From assembly GCA_963783055.1 (NCBI GenBank), contig CAWAMB010000004.1, positions 803,368 through 867,367 of the forward strand: DNA of 64,000 bases, given 5' to 3'. Made by a program: the position numbers and the translations under genes. This DNA is from an uncultured Chloroflexia bacterium (GTDB lineage: Bacteria > Chloroflexota > Limnocylindria > Limnocylindrales > CSP1-4). Below the pieces are notes generated by a model. That model was not told where the DNA came from. It saw nothing but the letters and a program-made list of their open reading frames with translations, and did not search any database. Shown in pieces: positions 29,530 to 39,660 of this stretch (the first letter of the stretch is position 1; each line of letters opens with the position of its first letter).

Positions 29530-31122
29530 ATGCTTCGGCGGATGGCCCCGAATGCCGATCCGTGGCGGACCCTCGGCCTGTCGCCCGGTGCGACGCAGGA
29601 GGAGATCCGGCGCGCCTATCGCCGGCTCGCCAAGGTCAACCATCCCGACGCGGGTGGCGACGCCGCGCTCCCGCGCTTCCTGGCGATCCAGGCGGCCTAT
29701 GAGCAGCTCGCCGGACCGGGCCGCGCCCGTCGCGTCGGCGCTCGACCGGCAGCGCAGAGTCCGGCCCCCGAGCCACGTGAGCCGTGGCGGGCCGATCCGG
29801 ATCGAGCCCGGGCGACCGGTCGAGCCGACGGTCGCCGGACACCGGGCGCCCGACCGAGCGGGCCCGGAGCCCGGACGCGGCCACCGGGCGGTGGGCCTGC
29901 GGGAGGACCTGGGGCTCCGGGCGGTCCGCGGGCGAACGCCAGCGGTGCCGACGCCAGGCGAGACGGACCGGCTTCAGGCGGCCCATCGGCCGGCGGGCCC
30001 GGGGCCGACGCCGCCCCGGGCGCGAACCGCGCTCGGAGGTCCTCGGCCGGGCGCCGGGGGAGCAACCGGGCGACGCCGGGCTCGACCTCGTACGAGGGCG
30101 CCGACCAGGAGCCGTTCGAGCCGGGCTGGTCCGGGGCGACGTGGTACGGCGCGTCGAGCGGCACCTACTGGACGATCAACCCGAAGGAGTACGCCGACCC
30201 CCGCAAGCACGGTCCGGAGTACCAGGCACGGGCGCGCCGAGCGCGCGAAGGCTCGATCCCCGATGAGGCTGGATCACCCGATGCGCCGGCGGCCGACGTC
30301 GCTCCCGACGTGGCCGCCGAACCGCCCGGTGACCCCGAGGCGGGCGCCGGGTCGCCCGGAGCAGCCACCGGCGGCCGAGCGTCCACGGAGCGGGCCGACG
30401 AGGCGCCACCCGCGGCCGATCCGACACCGGAGCCGACCGGAACCACGGCCGGCGACCCGCCGAGACCAATCGCCCGTGACCGGGCGCGTCGGATGCCCGG
30501 TGGCCGGCGCCATTGGACGGACGCGCCCCCGACAGCGGAGGCATCCGCGGCGTCCAACGCGGATCTGGAGTTCGGCGATCCCGACGACGCGTTCGAGGAG
30601 GGCGAGCCCTCCGTCCGGGACATGGGCCGCGCGCCCGGCGACCCGGGCCGGGGCGGCCTCCCACCCGGCGGGATCCGGACGTGGATCGAGCAGCCGGCCG
30701 GCGACGGGCGATTCCGCGGCCCGGTCCTGCGCCGCCCGACGACGCCGGCCGGTCGCCTCGCGATGGCCGTCCTCGGTTGGCCGCCCCTCGGCGTGTTCGC
30801 CGCCGCCGTGATCGACCAGTCGACCGGCTGCGGGACGTTCGCCGCCTCCTGTCCGGAGGTCACGTCGCCGGGAACGTGGATCCTGCAGGCCGCCATCCTG
30901 CTGCTCCTGCTCGCATTGCCGGCCGTCGCCGCCTGGTCGGCCCACGGCGCGGTCGCGGCGCTGGTCATCGGCCTGCCCGCGGCCGTCGTCCTGAGCGCCG
31001 CCGGTGGCTCGAACGTGCGCGAGACGAGCGGGCCGCTCCTGCTCGCGATCCTCGCGCTGGCCTACCTCGGTGGCGTGATGTACGCGGTGATCGTGCCGCG
31101 GCTCCGTTCGGGCCCCCTCTAG
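29530..31122 (+). CDS. J-domain (DnaJ-like) protein with long Pro/Gly/Arg-rich disordered region and C-terminal multi-TM anchor
   Basis: DPWRTLGLSPGATQEEIRRAYRRLAKVNHPDAGGD (HPD motif) is followed by about 400 aa of low complexity. Hydrophobic segments follow: LAMAVLGWPPLGVFAAAVI, WILQAAILLLLLALPAVAAW, VAALVIGLPAAVVLSAA and LLLAILALAYLGGVMYAVIV. Confidence 0.7.
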   Translation: MLRRMAPNADPWRTLGLSPGATQEEIRRAYRRLAKVNHPDAGGDAALPRFLAIQAAYEQLAGPGRARRVGARPAAQSPAPEPREPWRADPDRARATGRADGRRTPGARPSGPGARTRPPGGGPAGGPGAPGGPRANASGADARRDGPASGGPSAGGPGADAAPGANRARRSSAGRRGSNRATPGSTSYEGADQEPFEPGWSGATWYGASSGTYWTINPKEYADPRKHGPEYQARARRAREGSIPDEAGSPDAPAADVAPDVAAEPPGDPEAGAGSPGAATGGRASTERADEAPPAADPTPEPTGTTAGDPPRPIARDRARRMPGGRRHWTDAPPTAEASAASNADLEFGDPDDAFEEGEPSVRDMGRAPGDPGRGGLPPGGIRTWIEQPAGDGRFRGPVLRRPTTPAGRLAMAVLGWPPLGVFAAAVIDQSTGCGTFAASCPEVTSPGTWILQAAILLLLLALPAVAAWSAHGAVAALVIGLPAAVVLSAAGGSNVRETSGPLLLAILALAYLGGVMYAVIVPRLRSGPL

Positions 31123-31159
31123 GGTCTGCGCCGTTGGGCGCGCCGCCGAGCCGCGTACC

Positions 31160-31906
31160 ATGGCGAGCGTGAACCGCCGCCACGACGCCCAGGCCCTGTC
31201 GAGCGCCGCCCAGGAGTACTTGCTCGCTCTGCGCGTGATGGCGGGCGACGGCTCGCACGTCCGCGCCGCCCAGGTCGCCCGCCGCCTCGGCGTCTCGACC
31301 CAGGCCGCGAGCGAGATGTTCCGGCGGCTCGTCGCCGACGGCCTCGTCCGCCAGGCCGACGGTCGCGATCTCGTGCTGACCACGGCGGGCCGGGCCGCGA
31401 GCGACGCGATCTTCCGCCGCCACGCCCTGCTCGAGTGGCTGCTGACGTCGGTGATCGGGCTCGGCTGGGCCGAATCCGACGAGGAGGCGGCGCGGCTCCA
31501 GGGCGCCCTCTCGCCGCGCGTCGAGGCCCGGCTCGACGAGATGCTGGGCCATCCGCCGACCTGCCCGCACGGCAACCCGATCGACGCCGAGACCGCTCGC
31601 CAGCGGCCGCGCGGGACGCCGCTCAGCCAGATCGAGGGCGGTCAGCGGGCGACGATCTATCGGATCACCGAGGAGGCCGAGGAGGACCCGGGCCTGCTCT
31701 CCTATCTCGAGGCCCGGGCCCTGACTCCCGGCGCCGCCGTGACCGTGCTGGCCCGGTCGGAGTCCCTCGACTCGCTGACCCTCGAGGGGCCGCGTGGCCG
31801 GGCGACCCTCGGCCTGCGTCCCGCCGCGCTCGTCCACGTCCTGCCCGGGGACGCCGACCCGGGGCTGTTCCACAAGGTGCCGAAGGGCGACACGCCGGCC
31901 GGCTGA
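31160..31906 (+). CDS. DtxR/IdeR/MntR family metal-dependent transcriptional regulator with C-terminal FeoA/SH3-like domain
   Basis: QEYLLALRVM...AQVARRLGVSTQAASEMFRRLVADGLV...RRHALLEWLL...HPPTCPHGNPI. Confidence 0.85.
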   Translation: MASVNRRHDAQALSSAAQEYLLALRVMAGDGSHVRAAQVARRLGVSTQAASEMFRRLVADGLVRQADGRDLVLTTAGRAASDAIFRRHALLEWLLTSVIGLGWAESDEEAARLQGALSPRVEARLDEMLGHPPTCPHGNPIDAETARQRPRGTPLSQIEGGQRATIYRITEEAEEDPGLLSYLEARALTPGAAVTVLARSESLDSLTLEGPRGRATLGLRPAALVHVLPGDADPGLFHKVPKGDTPAG

Positions 31907-31949
31907 GCGAAGGCCGCCCGCCTGAGGCGCCGCTGCTACCCTCACGTCC

Positions 31950-33479
31950 ATGCCCGACCCCTCGATTCGCGTCCGGATCGCGCCCAGCCCGACCGGCCCG
32001 CTCCACATCGGCACCGCCCGCACCGCGCTGTTCAACTTCCTGTACGCGCGCCACGTCGGCGGCACGTTCCTGTTCCGGCTCGAGGACACCGACGTCGCCC
32101 GCTCCACGGTCGAGTTCGAGCGCGACATCATCGACGGCCTGCACTGGCTCGGCATCACCTGGGACGAGGGTCCCGATGCGGCCGGCGGCATCGACATCGG
32201 GCCGTTCGCGCCCTATCGCCAGATGCTCCGCCTCGCCACGTACAAGGAGGCGTCGGACCGCCTCCTTGCCGCCGATCTCGCCTATCCCTGCTTCTGCACC
32301 CCCGAGGAGCTCGACGCCGACCGCAAGGCCCAGGAGGCCGCGAAGCAGCCGCCGCGCTATGTCGGCCGATGCGCCACGCTGACCGCCGCCGAGCGCGCCA
32401 CCCGCCTGGCCGAGACCGGCCGTCCGCCGGCGACCCGCTTCCGCGTCCGGCCCGGGGTCGTCGCCTGGAGTGACCTGATCCGCGATCGGATCGAGATCGA
32501 CACGACGAACCTCGGCGGCGACTTCGTGATCGTCCGTGGCGACGGCACGCCGCTCTACCACTTCACGGTCGTCGTCGACGACGCGGCCATGGCGATCAGC
32601 CACGTGATCCGCGGCGAGGACCACGTCAGCAACACCCCCAAGCACATCCTCCTGTTCGAGGCGCTCGGCTACCCGGTGCCGGTCTTCGGCCACCTGCCGC
32701 TGATCCTCAACCCGGATGGCTCGAAGATGAGCAAGCGCAAGACCCAGACGGCCGTCGACGACTACCGCGCCGAAGGCTTCATCCGCGAAGGGCTGATCAA
32801 CTACTTCGCCTATCTCGGCTGGAGCCCGGGCACCGAGGAGGACGTCCTCGCGCTTGACGAGATCGTCGAGCGCTTCGACATCGACAAGGTCCAGAAGGGC
32901 GGCGCCAAGTTCGATCGCGGCCGGCTCGAGTGGCTCAACGGCCAGTGGATCCGGCGGCTCGAGCCCGAGGACCTGATCGACCGCCTGCGGCCGTACCTCC
33001 AGGCCGCCGTCGACGACGGCCGGATCGCTCGCCTGCCCGGCGACGACGAGGTCCGCGCGCTCCTGCCGGTCGTCCAGGAACGGCTGCCGACGCTCGGGGC
33101 GGTCGTCGATCTCGTCGGGTTCCTGTGGACGGACGACCTCCGGCTCGATGCGGCGCTGGTCGTGCCCAAGCGCTGGGATGCGGCGACGACCGGCGCGGGC
33201 CTCGCGGCCGCCCGCGACATCTTGGCGCGTCACGACGGCGTGACCTGGGAGGCGGACGAGCTCGAACCGCCGCTCCGCGAGCTGGTCGAGGCACGTGGCT
33301 GGAAGGCCGGTGACCTGTTCATGGCGATCCGCGTCGCCACGACCGGTCGGACGGCGACGCCACCGCTGTTCGACACGCTCGTCGCGCTCGGGCGGGAGCG
33401 AACGCTGGCGCGGCTCGACGCGGCGATCGAGCTGCTCGCGCGGCCGGCTGCGGAACAGGGCGTTAACACGGCCGGATAG
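31950..33479 (+). CDS. gltX: Glutamate--tRNA ligase
   Basis: HIGH motif PTGPLHIGTARTALFN, KMSKS motif GSKMSKRK. Full length. Confidence 0.95.
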   Translation: MPDPSIRVRIAPSPTGPLHIGTARTALFNFLYARHVGGTFLFRLEDTDVARSTVEFERDIIDGLHWLGITWDEGPDAAGGIDIGPFAPYRQMLRLATYKEASDRLLAADLAYPCFCTPEELDADRKAQEAAKQPPRYVGRCATLTAAERATRLAETGRPPATRFRVRPGVVAWSDLIRDRIEIDTTNLGGDFVIVRGDGTPLYHFTVVVDDAAMAISHVIRGEDHVSNTPKHILLFEALGYPVPVFGHLPLILNPDGSKMSKRKTQTAVDDYRAEGFIREGLINYFAYLGWSPGTEEDVLALDEIVERFDIDKVQKGGAKFDRGRLEWLNGQWIRRLEPEDLIDRLRPYLQAAVDDGRIARLPGDDEVRALLPVVQERLPTLGAVVDLVGFLWTDDLRLDAALVVPKRWDAATTGAGLAAARDILARHDGVTWEADELEPPLRELVEARGWKAGDLFMAIRVATTGRTATPPLFDTLVALGRERTLARLDAAIELLARPAAEQGVNTAG

Positions 33480-33490
33480 GATTCGGGTCG

Positions 33491-34204
33491 ATGGCCCGAA
33501 CGATCCTCGTCGTCGAAGACGACGCCACCCTGCGCGAGACCCTCGTCGACGCCCTCGAGGTGGAAGGCTTCCGGATCGTCTCCGCCCGTGACGGTCGCGA
33601 TGCGCTGGTCCGCTTCCGGGCCGACAAGCCGGACCTCGTCCTGCTCGACCTGATGCTGCCCGAGCTGTCGGGGATCGAGGTCTGCCGGATCATCCGCGCC
33701 GAGTCGGGCGTCCCGATCGTGATGCTCACGGCCAAGGACAGCGAGCTCGACAAGGTGGTCGGGCTCGAGCTCGGCGCCGACGACTACGTCACGAAGCCGT
33801 TCAGCTTGCGCGAGCTGTCGGCCCGGATCCGGGCGCTGTTCCGGCGCTCTGAGCAAACGGCCGCGCCGGATGCCGCCGGAGCCAACGTCGTCGATCTCGG
33901 CCGGGTCCAGGTCGACCTCGCCGGGCATCGCCTCCTGCGTGACGGCGAGGCGGTCGCGATCAAGCCCAAGGCGTTCGAGCTGCTTGCGTTCCTGCTCCGC
34001 CACCCGGGCCAGGCGTTCACGCGCGATCAGCTCCTCGAGCGCGTCTGGGGCTACGACTATGCCGGCGAGTCGCGAACCGTCGACGTCCACGTCCACTGGC
34101 TGCGCTCGACCCTCGAGGACGATGCCGCGGCGCCCAAGTTCATCCACACGGTGCGCGGCGTGGGCTACGTCTTCCGCCGGCCCGCCGAGCCCGTTCCCGC
34201 CTGA
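33491..34204 (+). CDS. OmpR-family response regulator, RegX3/PhoP-like
   Basis: ILVVEDD...LVLLDLMLPELSG...MLTAKDSELDKVVGLELGADDYVTKPFSLRELSARIRALFRR closely follows the RegX3-type pattern. A winged-helix output domain is present. There is no adjacent kinase. Confidence 0.85.
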   Translation: MARTILVVEDDATLRETLVDALEVEGFRIVSARDGRDALVRFRADKPDLVLLDLMLPELSGIEVCRIIRAESGVPIVMLTAKDSELDKVVGLELGADDYVTKPFSLRELSARIRALFRRSEQTAAPDAAGANVVDLGRVQVDLAGHRLLRDGEAVAIKPKAFELLAFLLRHPGQAFTRDQLLERVWGYDYAGESRTVDVHVHWLRSTLEDDAAAPKFIHTVRGVGYVFRRPAEPVPA

Positions 34205-34288
34205 GGTCGGGCAGTGGGGCGGGCCCGCCGGCGGCCTTCGGTCGGCCTATCGGCGGGCGGTTGTTCACGGACCGATCACGCGGCGTTG

Positions 34289-34819
34289 ATGCGGCGGCCC
34301 GACGCTTCGTCCATGCCGATCGTCGTTCGCCGCGGCCGCTCCACCGCCGAGCCGCGTTCCCGTCTCCTCCGGTTTGAACGCCCGACGAGCCGCGCGGTCG
34401 TCGCGACGACGGTCGGCAACGACCCGCCCCTCCCGGACCTGCGGCACGAGCTGGGTCGCCTCGCGCTGGATCTCGCCGTCCGGACCGCGGAGCCGATCAA
34501 CCTGCCACCGCGCTGGGCCACGTTCGCGTTCGGCCAGGAGGTCGACCGGACCCGCGCCCAGCTGGCCCCGATCCGATCCCGCGCCGGGCTCCTCGCCTCG
34601 TTCGCGCGGGAGGCGTCGATCGCGGTGACCCGCACCGCCGAGCCGTCGCCGGCTCCGGTCGGGCCGGTTCGGGTCGCATACGCCATCCGCTGGCTCGAGC
34701 TCGGCGACGGGCGCCGTCGGCCCGCATGGGCGTCGTTCGTGGCGGGACCGGTCGAGCTCGTGGCCGAGGCGCTTGGTCGCGTCCGCGCCGGCGCGGCCAG
34801 CGCGGCGATCGCGGACTAG
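34289..34819 (+). CDS. Hypothetical protein
   Basis: ORF 34214..34819(+) has high third-position GC by eye. No recognisable motifs or TM segments. The start is uncertain. Its end overlaps the PiT stop convergently by 4 nt. Confidence 0.4.
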   Translation: MRRPDASSMPIVVRRGRSTAEPRSRLLRFERPTSRAVVATTVGNDPPLPDLRHELGRLALDLAVRTAEPINLPPRWATFAFGQEVDRTRAQLAPIRSRAGLLASFAREASIAVTRTAEPSPAPVGPVRVAYAIRWLELGDGRRRPAWASFVAGPVELVAEALGRVRAGAASAAIAD

Positions 34820-35823
34820 AGGAACGGCGAGATCAGCAGGTAGGCGATCGCGGCCGCCAGCGCCGACGCAGGGATCGTCAGGATCCAGGCGATGACGATG
34901 TTGCCGGCGACGCCCCAGCGGACGGCCGACAGGCGATCGCTCGAGCCGACGCCGATGATCGCGCTCGAGATCACGTGCGTCGTCGAGACCGGCATGCCGA
35001 AGTGGGACGCGGTGAAGATGATCGTGGCCGCCGTCGTCTCCGCCGCGAAGCCGTGGACGGGATCGAGCTTGACGACCTTCTGGCCCATCGTCTTGATGAT
35101 CCGCCAGCCGCCCGCGGCGGTCCCGAGCGAGATGGCGGTCGCGGCCAGGACGATGACCCACAGCGGGATCGGCGAGTCGGGCGGAAGGATCCCGGCAGCG
35201 ATCAGGGCGAGGGTCATGATGCCCATCGTCTTCTGCGCGTCGTTCGAGCCGTGGCTGAACGCCATGAACGCGGCCGAAACGACCTGGAGCCGCCGGAATC
35301 GATCGTTCATCCGGCGTGGATTGGCGTGCTGGAACACGTTCAGGATCACGACCATCATCAGGAACCCGACCGTGATCCCGATCACGGGCGACAGGACGAG
35401 GGGCACGATCACCTTGGTGACGACCCCATCGAGCTTGATCGCCGACACGCCGACCGACACGATGACGGCGCCCAGCAGGCCACCGATCAGCGCATGGCTC
35501 GACGAGCTCGGGATGCCGAACCGCCAGGTGATCAGGTTCCAGATGATCGCCCCGATCAGGGCGGCCGCGACGATCGTCTGACCGGCCGCCCCGTCGGGGG
35601 TCGTCGCGAGGCCCGACGAGATCGTCTTGGCGACGGCCGTCCCGGTCAGGGCGCCGACGAAGTTGGCCGTCGCCGACATGAGGATCGCGTGCTCGGGGCG
35701 GAGTGCCCGGGTCGATACCGAGGTCGCGATCGCGTTGGCCGTGTCGTGGAAGCCGTTGATGTAATCGAACACGACGGCCAGCGCGATGACCGCGAGCAGC
35801 AGCAGGGTCAGACCTTCGGGCAC
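34816..35823 (-). CDS. Inorganic phosphate transporter, PiT family
   Basis: AVVFDYINGFHDTANAIATSVSTRAL and the second repeat AFSHGSNDAQKTMGIM. About 10 TM segments. Confidence 0.9.
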   Translation of the reverse strand: MPEGLTLLLLAVIALAVVFDYINGFHDTANAIATSVSTRALRPEHAILMSATANFVGALTGTAVAKTISSGLATTPDGAAGQTIVAAALIGAIIWNLITWRFGIPSSSSHALIGGLLGAVIVSVGVSAIKLDGVVTKVIVPLVLSPVIGITVGFLMMVVILNVFQHANPRRMNDRFRRLQVVSAAFMAFSHGSNDAQKTMGIMTLALIAAGILPPDSPIPLWVIVLAATAISLGTAAGGWRIIKTMGQKVVKLDPVHGFAAETTAATIIFTASHFGMPVSTTHVISSAIIGVGSSDRLSAVRWGVAGNIVIAWILTIPASALAAAIAYLLISPFL

Positions 35824-35912
35824 GGCCGAAGGCTACCCGATCGGACCGCGCTCGGCGCCGTCCTGGGGCGCCGCCACCGCAGCGCCACGGCACCTCCCGG
35901 TATCCTTCGCCG

Positions 35913-37652
35913 ATGCGTCTCTCCCAGCTCTTCTTCGCCACCCTTCGCGACGATCCGGCCGACGTCGAGATGGCGTCGCACCGCCTCCTGCTGCGGGCCG
36001 GCTACATCCGCCCGCTCGGCTCCGGGATCTATTCGCTGCTGCCGCTCGGCAAGCGCGTCAACGATCGCGTTGAGCAGATCATCCGCGAGGAGCAGGATCG
36101 GATCGGCGGCCAGGAGATGGAGATGCCCGTCGTCCATCCGGCCGACGTCTGGCGGGCCAGCGGTCGCTACGACGCGATCGGGCCGGAGCTGACCCGCTTC
36201 AAGGATCGCAACGGCCGGGACATGGTCCTGGCGATGACCCACGAGGAGGTCGTCGGGATCCTGCTGGCCGACATCGTCAAGTCGTACCGCCAGCTGCCGC
36301 TGCAGGTCTACCACTTCCAGACGAAGTGGCGCGACGAGCCGCGCGCCCGGGCCGGGCTGATCCGCGTCCGCGAGTTCGTCATGAAGGACGCCTACAGCTG
36401 CGATCGCGACGAGGCCGGTCTCGACGTCAGCTACGACCTCCAGAACGACGCCTACGTCCGGACCTTCGAGCGGCTCGGGTTGAAGACCGTCGCGGTCGAC
36501 AGCGACGTCGGGATCATGGGCGGCACCGAGGCCCGCGAGTTCATGGTCCTCAACCCCGCCGGCGAGGACGTCCTCGTGCTGTGCGAGGCGTGCGGCTACG
36601 CCGCCAACCGCCAGGTCGCGCACATCAGCCGTCCTGCGGATGACGCGGAGGCTCCGGCCGCCCTCGAGGAGGTCGCGACGCCGGGCACGACCACGATCGC
36701 GTCCCTCGCCGCGTTCCTCGACATTCCCGAGACTCGCACGGCCAAGGCCGCGTTCTTCGTCACTGGCGACGGACGGCTGGTCACGGCGATCGTGCGCGGC
36801 GACCTCGAGGTCAACGAGACGAAGCTGTCGAACGCCGTCGGGGCGTCGACCGGGATGCGGCCTGCCACGGTCGAGGAGATCAAGGCGGCGGGGATGGAGG
36901 CCGGCTACGGCTCGCCGATCGGTGCCCACGACACGGTCGTCGTCGTCGACGAGCTCGTCGCCCGATCGCCGAACCTGGTCGCGGGCGCGAACAAGGTCGG
37001 CTTCCACTACCGCAACGTGAATGTCGGCCGCGACTTCACTGCCGACGTCACAGCGGACATCACGAATGCCCGCGAGGGCGATCCCTGTCCGACCTGCGGC
37101 CAGCCCGTGATCCTGCGCAACGGGATCGAGGTCGGCAACATCTTCAAGCTCGGGACGAAGTTCAGCGATGCCGCCGGCGCGACGTACCTCGGCGAGGACG
37201 GCCGCGAGCACCCCATCGTCATGGGCTCGTACGGAATCGGTGTCGGGCGGAACGTGGCCTGCGTCGTCGAGGCCCACCACGACGAGAAGGGGATCGTCTG
37301 GCCCGCGGAGGTCGCGCCGTACGCGGCGCACCTCGTAGCGATCGGGGCGAACAAGGATCCCCAGGTCGGCGAGATCGCCGAGCGACTCCACGCAGCCGGC
37401 GAGGGTGCGGGCTACTGGCGCCACATCCTCTATGACGATCGCAACGAGTCGCCCGGCGTCAAGTTCACCGACGCCGAGATGCTCGGCATGCCCTGGATCC
37501 TCACGGTCTCGCCGCGGTCCCTGGCCGCGGGCGGGATCGAGGTCACGGAGCGTGCCACCGGGGAGCGGACGACGCGCTCGATCGAGGAGGTCGAGGCGTT
37601 GATCCGCGGCGACGGCACCGGCGCGGCGGAGGCCGGACAGCCCCGCGGCTGA
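35913..37652 (+). CDS. proS: Proline--tRNA ligase
   Basis: MRLSQLFFATLRDDPADVEMASHRLLLRAGYIRPLGSGIYSLLPLG..., with class II motifs and an editing insertion. Full length, 579 aa. Confidence 0.95.
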   Translation: MRLSQLFFATLRDDPADVEMASHRLLLRAGYIRPLGSGIYSLLPLGKRVNDRVEQIIREEQDRIGGQEMEMPVVHPADVWRASGRYDAIGPELTRFKDRNGRDMVLAMTHEEVVGILLADIVKSYRQLPLQVYHFQTKWRDEPRARAGLIRVREFVMKDAYSCDRDEAGLDVSYDLQNDAYVRTFERLGLKTVAVDSDVGIMGGTEAREFMVLNPAGEDVLVLCEACGYAANRQVAHISRPADDAEAPAALEEVATPGTTTIASLAAFLDIPETRTAKAAFFVTGDGRLVTAIVRGDLEVNETKLSNAVGASTGMRPATVEEIKAAGMEAGYGSPIGAHDTVVVVDELVARSPNLVAGANKVGFHYRNVNVGRDFTADVTADITNAREGDPCPTCGQPVILRNGIEVGNIFKLGTKFSDAAGATYLGEDGREHPIVMGSYGIGVGRNVACVVEAHHDEKGIVWPAEVAPYAAHLVAIGANKDPQVGEIAERLHAAGEGAGYWRHILYDDRNESPGVKFTDAEMLGMPWILTVSPRSLAAGGIEVTERATGERTTRSIEEVEALIRGDGTGAAEAGQPRG

Positions 37653-37730
37653 GTCCAACTGACCAAACCAGGCGCGCATCGAAGCATCCGGGTCCGGTAC
37701 TTCTGGGGCATCGCGGGATCCTCCGGGATC

Positions 37731-39647
37731 ATGGAACGTTGGGCCTCCCAGCACCCTCGGGAGTGCCTCGCCTTCATGACCCTCGATCACCGCACCCGCC
37801 GGCCCCGCAACGCAGTCCGGTCCGCCTCGGTCCGACCGCGGCCAATCCTGCTGTTCATCGTCTACGGGGTGTTCCTCGTCATCGTCGGCGTGACAGCGAC
37901 GGCGCAGGTCGTCATCAGCTCCGCACACTTTTCGACCGCGACCCTCAATCACACGGTCGGAACGGACGCGAAGCTCGTCGCGGGCTACGTCAACGAACGG
38001 TTGCTGCCCGCCGATCTGATCGACGGATCGATCGAGCCCGCCCATCTTCAGGAGCTGCGGGCCGGCATCGCTGACTTCATCTCACGGCGTGGCATTCTGC
38101 ATGCCGAGGTGCGGTCACCTGACGGCCGGATCGTCGTGAGTGACGCCGGCCCGATCGGCGTGCCGGGCGAGGTCGCCGGAACCGACTGGGCGGCCGCGCT
38201 CAATGGCCAGATCGGCGTATCGATCGTCGGAAGCGAGGCTTCCGCCGCGCGCTCGGTCGACCTCCCGACATCGTCCGTCCTGCGTGAGGTGTTTCCGCTG
38301 ATCCGCGACGGGACCGTGGTGGGGACCGTCGCCATCTGGCGCGACGCGGAGCCCATCGTGGCCGCGCAGGGTGAGGTCCGGCGAGACATCGTGGTCGTCA
38401 CGCTCACCGCGGCCCTGGCTGCCGCGCTCGTGCTGTTCATCGTGTTCCGAGCCGCCCAGGGTCGGATCTCGCGCCAGACGATCGCCCTGGTCGACGCGAC
38501 GCGACGCGATCCGCTCACCGGCTTCCTGAACCACGGTGCCCTGGTCGAGGCCATCGAGGCGATGACCGAGGCCCACCGACAGTCCGGCGGCGGGGTGGGG
38601 ATCGCACTGATCGACATCGACAACTTCCGAAATCTCAACGACACCTGGAGTCATGAGTCGGGCGATGAGGCGATCCTGACCGTCGCCGACCTCCTCGACC
38701 GATTCGAGCCGGCCCTCGTGGGCCGCTACGGACCCGACGAGTTTCTCGTGGCGGTCGAGGGTCTGGCCATCGGCACGCTCGTCGACGAGCTTGAAACCTT
38801 GCGGGACGCTCTCGCCGAGGTCCACCTGCGATTCGGCGACAGTGAGCGCCTGCCCGTGACGGTGAGTGTCGCCGTGTCGACCTATCCGGAGCATGGGTCG
38901 TCGGTCACCGAGCTCCTGGCGAACACCGCTTTGACACTTCGAGAAGCCAAGGCCAGTGGCGGCGACGCCGTGCGGATGACCGGCAAGGACCTCGGGTCGT
39001 CCGCCGAGGCACGCACCTTCGATGTCTTCCAGGGCCTGATCCTGTCGGTCGACGCGAAGGACCGCTACACGAAGCGCCATTCCGAGGACGTCGCCCGCTA
39101 CGCGACGTTCCTGGCCGGGGAGATCGGCCTGTCGGAAGAGCAGCAGCGAACGATCCGCCTGGCGGGTCTCCTCCACGACGTCGGCAAGATCGGCATTCCC
39201 GACCAGATCCTGCGCAAGCCGTCCAAGCTCACCGACGACGAGTACGCGATCGTTCAGCAGCACGTCGCCCTGGGCGATTCGATCGTTCGGGACCTCCCCG
39301 GCCTCGATGCGATCCGGGCTGGGATCCGGCACCACCATGAGCGCTGGGACGGCAAGGGCTACCTCCACCGCCTGGCGGCCGAGGAAATCCCGGAGATCGC
39401 GCGCATCCTGGCCGTCGCGGACACCTTCTCGGCGATGACCACGACGCGCCCGTATCGCCAGGCACTCGACATCCAGGAGGCGCTCCGTCGCCTCGAGGAC
39501 GCCGCGGGGACCCAGCTCGACGAGCGGTTCGTGCTCGCCTTCGTCCACGGGATCGAGTCGGTCCCGGGAGCACCCATGCCCGGGGATCCCGCAACGGCCC
39601 GGATCTGGCTCGCGACGGCGGAGTCCCCGGCCATCCGCGTCGCGTGA
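37731..39647 (+). CDS. Membrane sensor protein with GGDEF-type domain (variant YGPDEF) and HD-GYP phosphodiesterase domain
   Basis: There is a TM helix near the N-terminus. Motifs are RRDPLTGFLNHGAL...RYGPDEFLV (GGDEF-like), then HSEDVARY...LLHDVGKIGIP...HHERWDGKGY (HD-GYP). The start is uncertain. Confidence 0.8.
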   Translation: MERWASQHPRECLAFMTLDHRTRRPRNAVRSASVRPRPILLFIVYGVFLVIVGVTATAQVVISSAHFSTATLNHTVGTDAKLVAGYVNERLLPADLIDGSIEPAHLQELRAGIADFISRRGILHAEVRSPDGRIVVSDAGPIGVPGEVAGTDWAAALNGQIGVSIVGSEASAARSVDLPTSSVLREVFPLIRDGTVVGTVAIWRDAEPIVAAQGEVRRDIVVVTLTAALAAALVLFIVFRAAQGRISRQTIALVDATRRDPLTGFLNHGALVEAIEAMTEAHRQSGGGVGIALIDIDNFRNLNDTWSHESGDEAILTVADLLDRFEPALVGRYGPDEFLVAVEGLAIGTLVDELETLRDALAEVHLRFGDSERLPVTVSVAVSTYPEHGSSVTELLANTALTLREAKASGGDAVRMTGKDLGSSAEARTFDVFQGLILSVDAKDRYTKRHSEDVARYATFLAGEIGLSEEQQRTIRLAGLLHDVGKIGIPDQILRKPSKLTDDEYAIVQQHVALGDSIVRDLPGLDAIRAGIRHHHERWDGKGYLHRLAAEEIPEIARILAVADTFSAMTTTRPYRQALDIQEALRRLEDAAGTQLDERFVLAFVHGIESVPGAPMPGDPATARIWLATAESPAIRVA

Positions 39648-39660
39648 CGACGAGGCCAGG

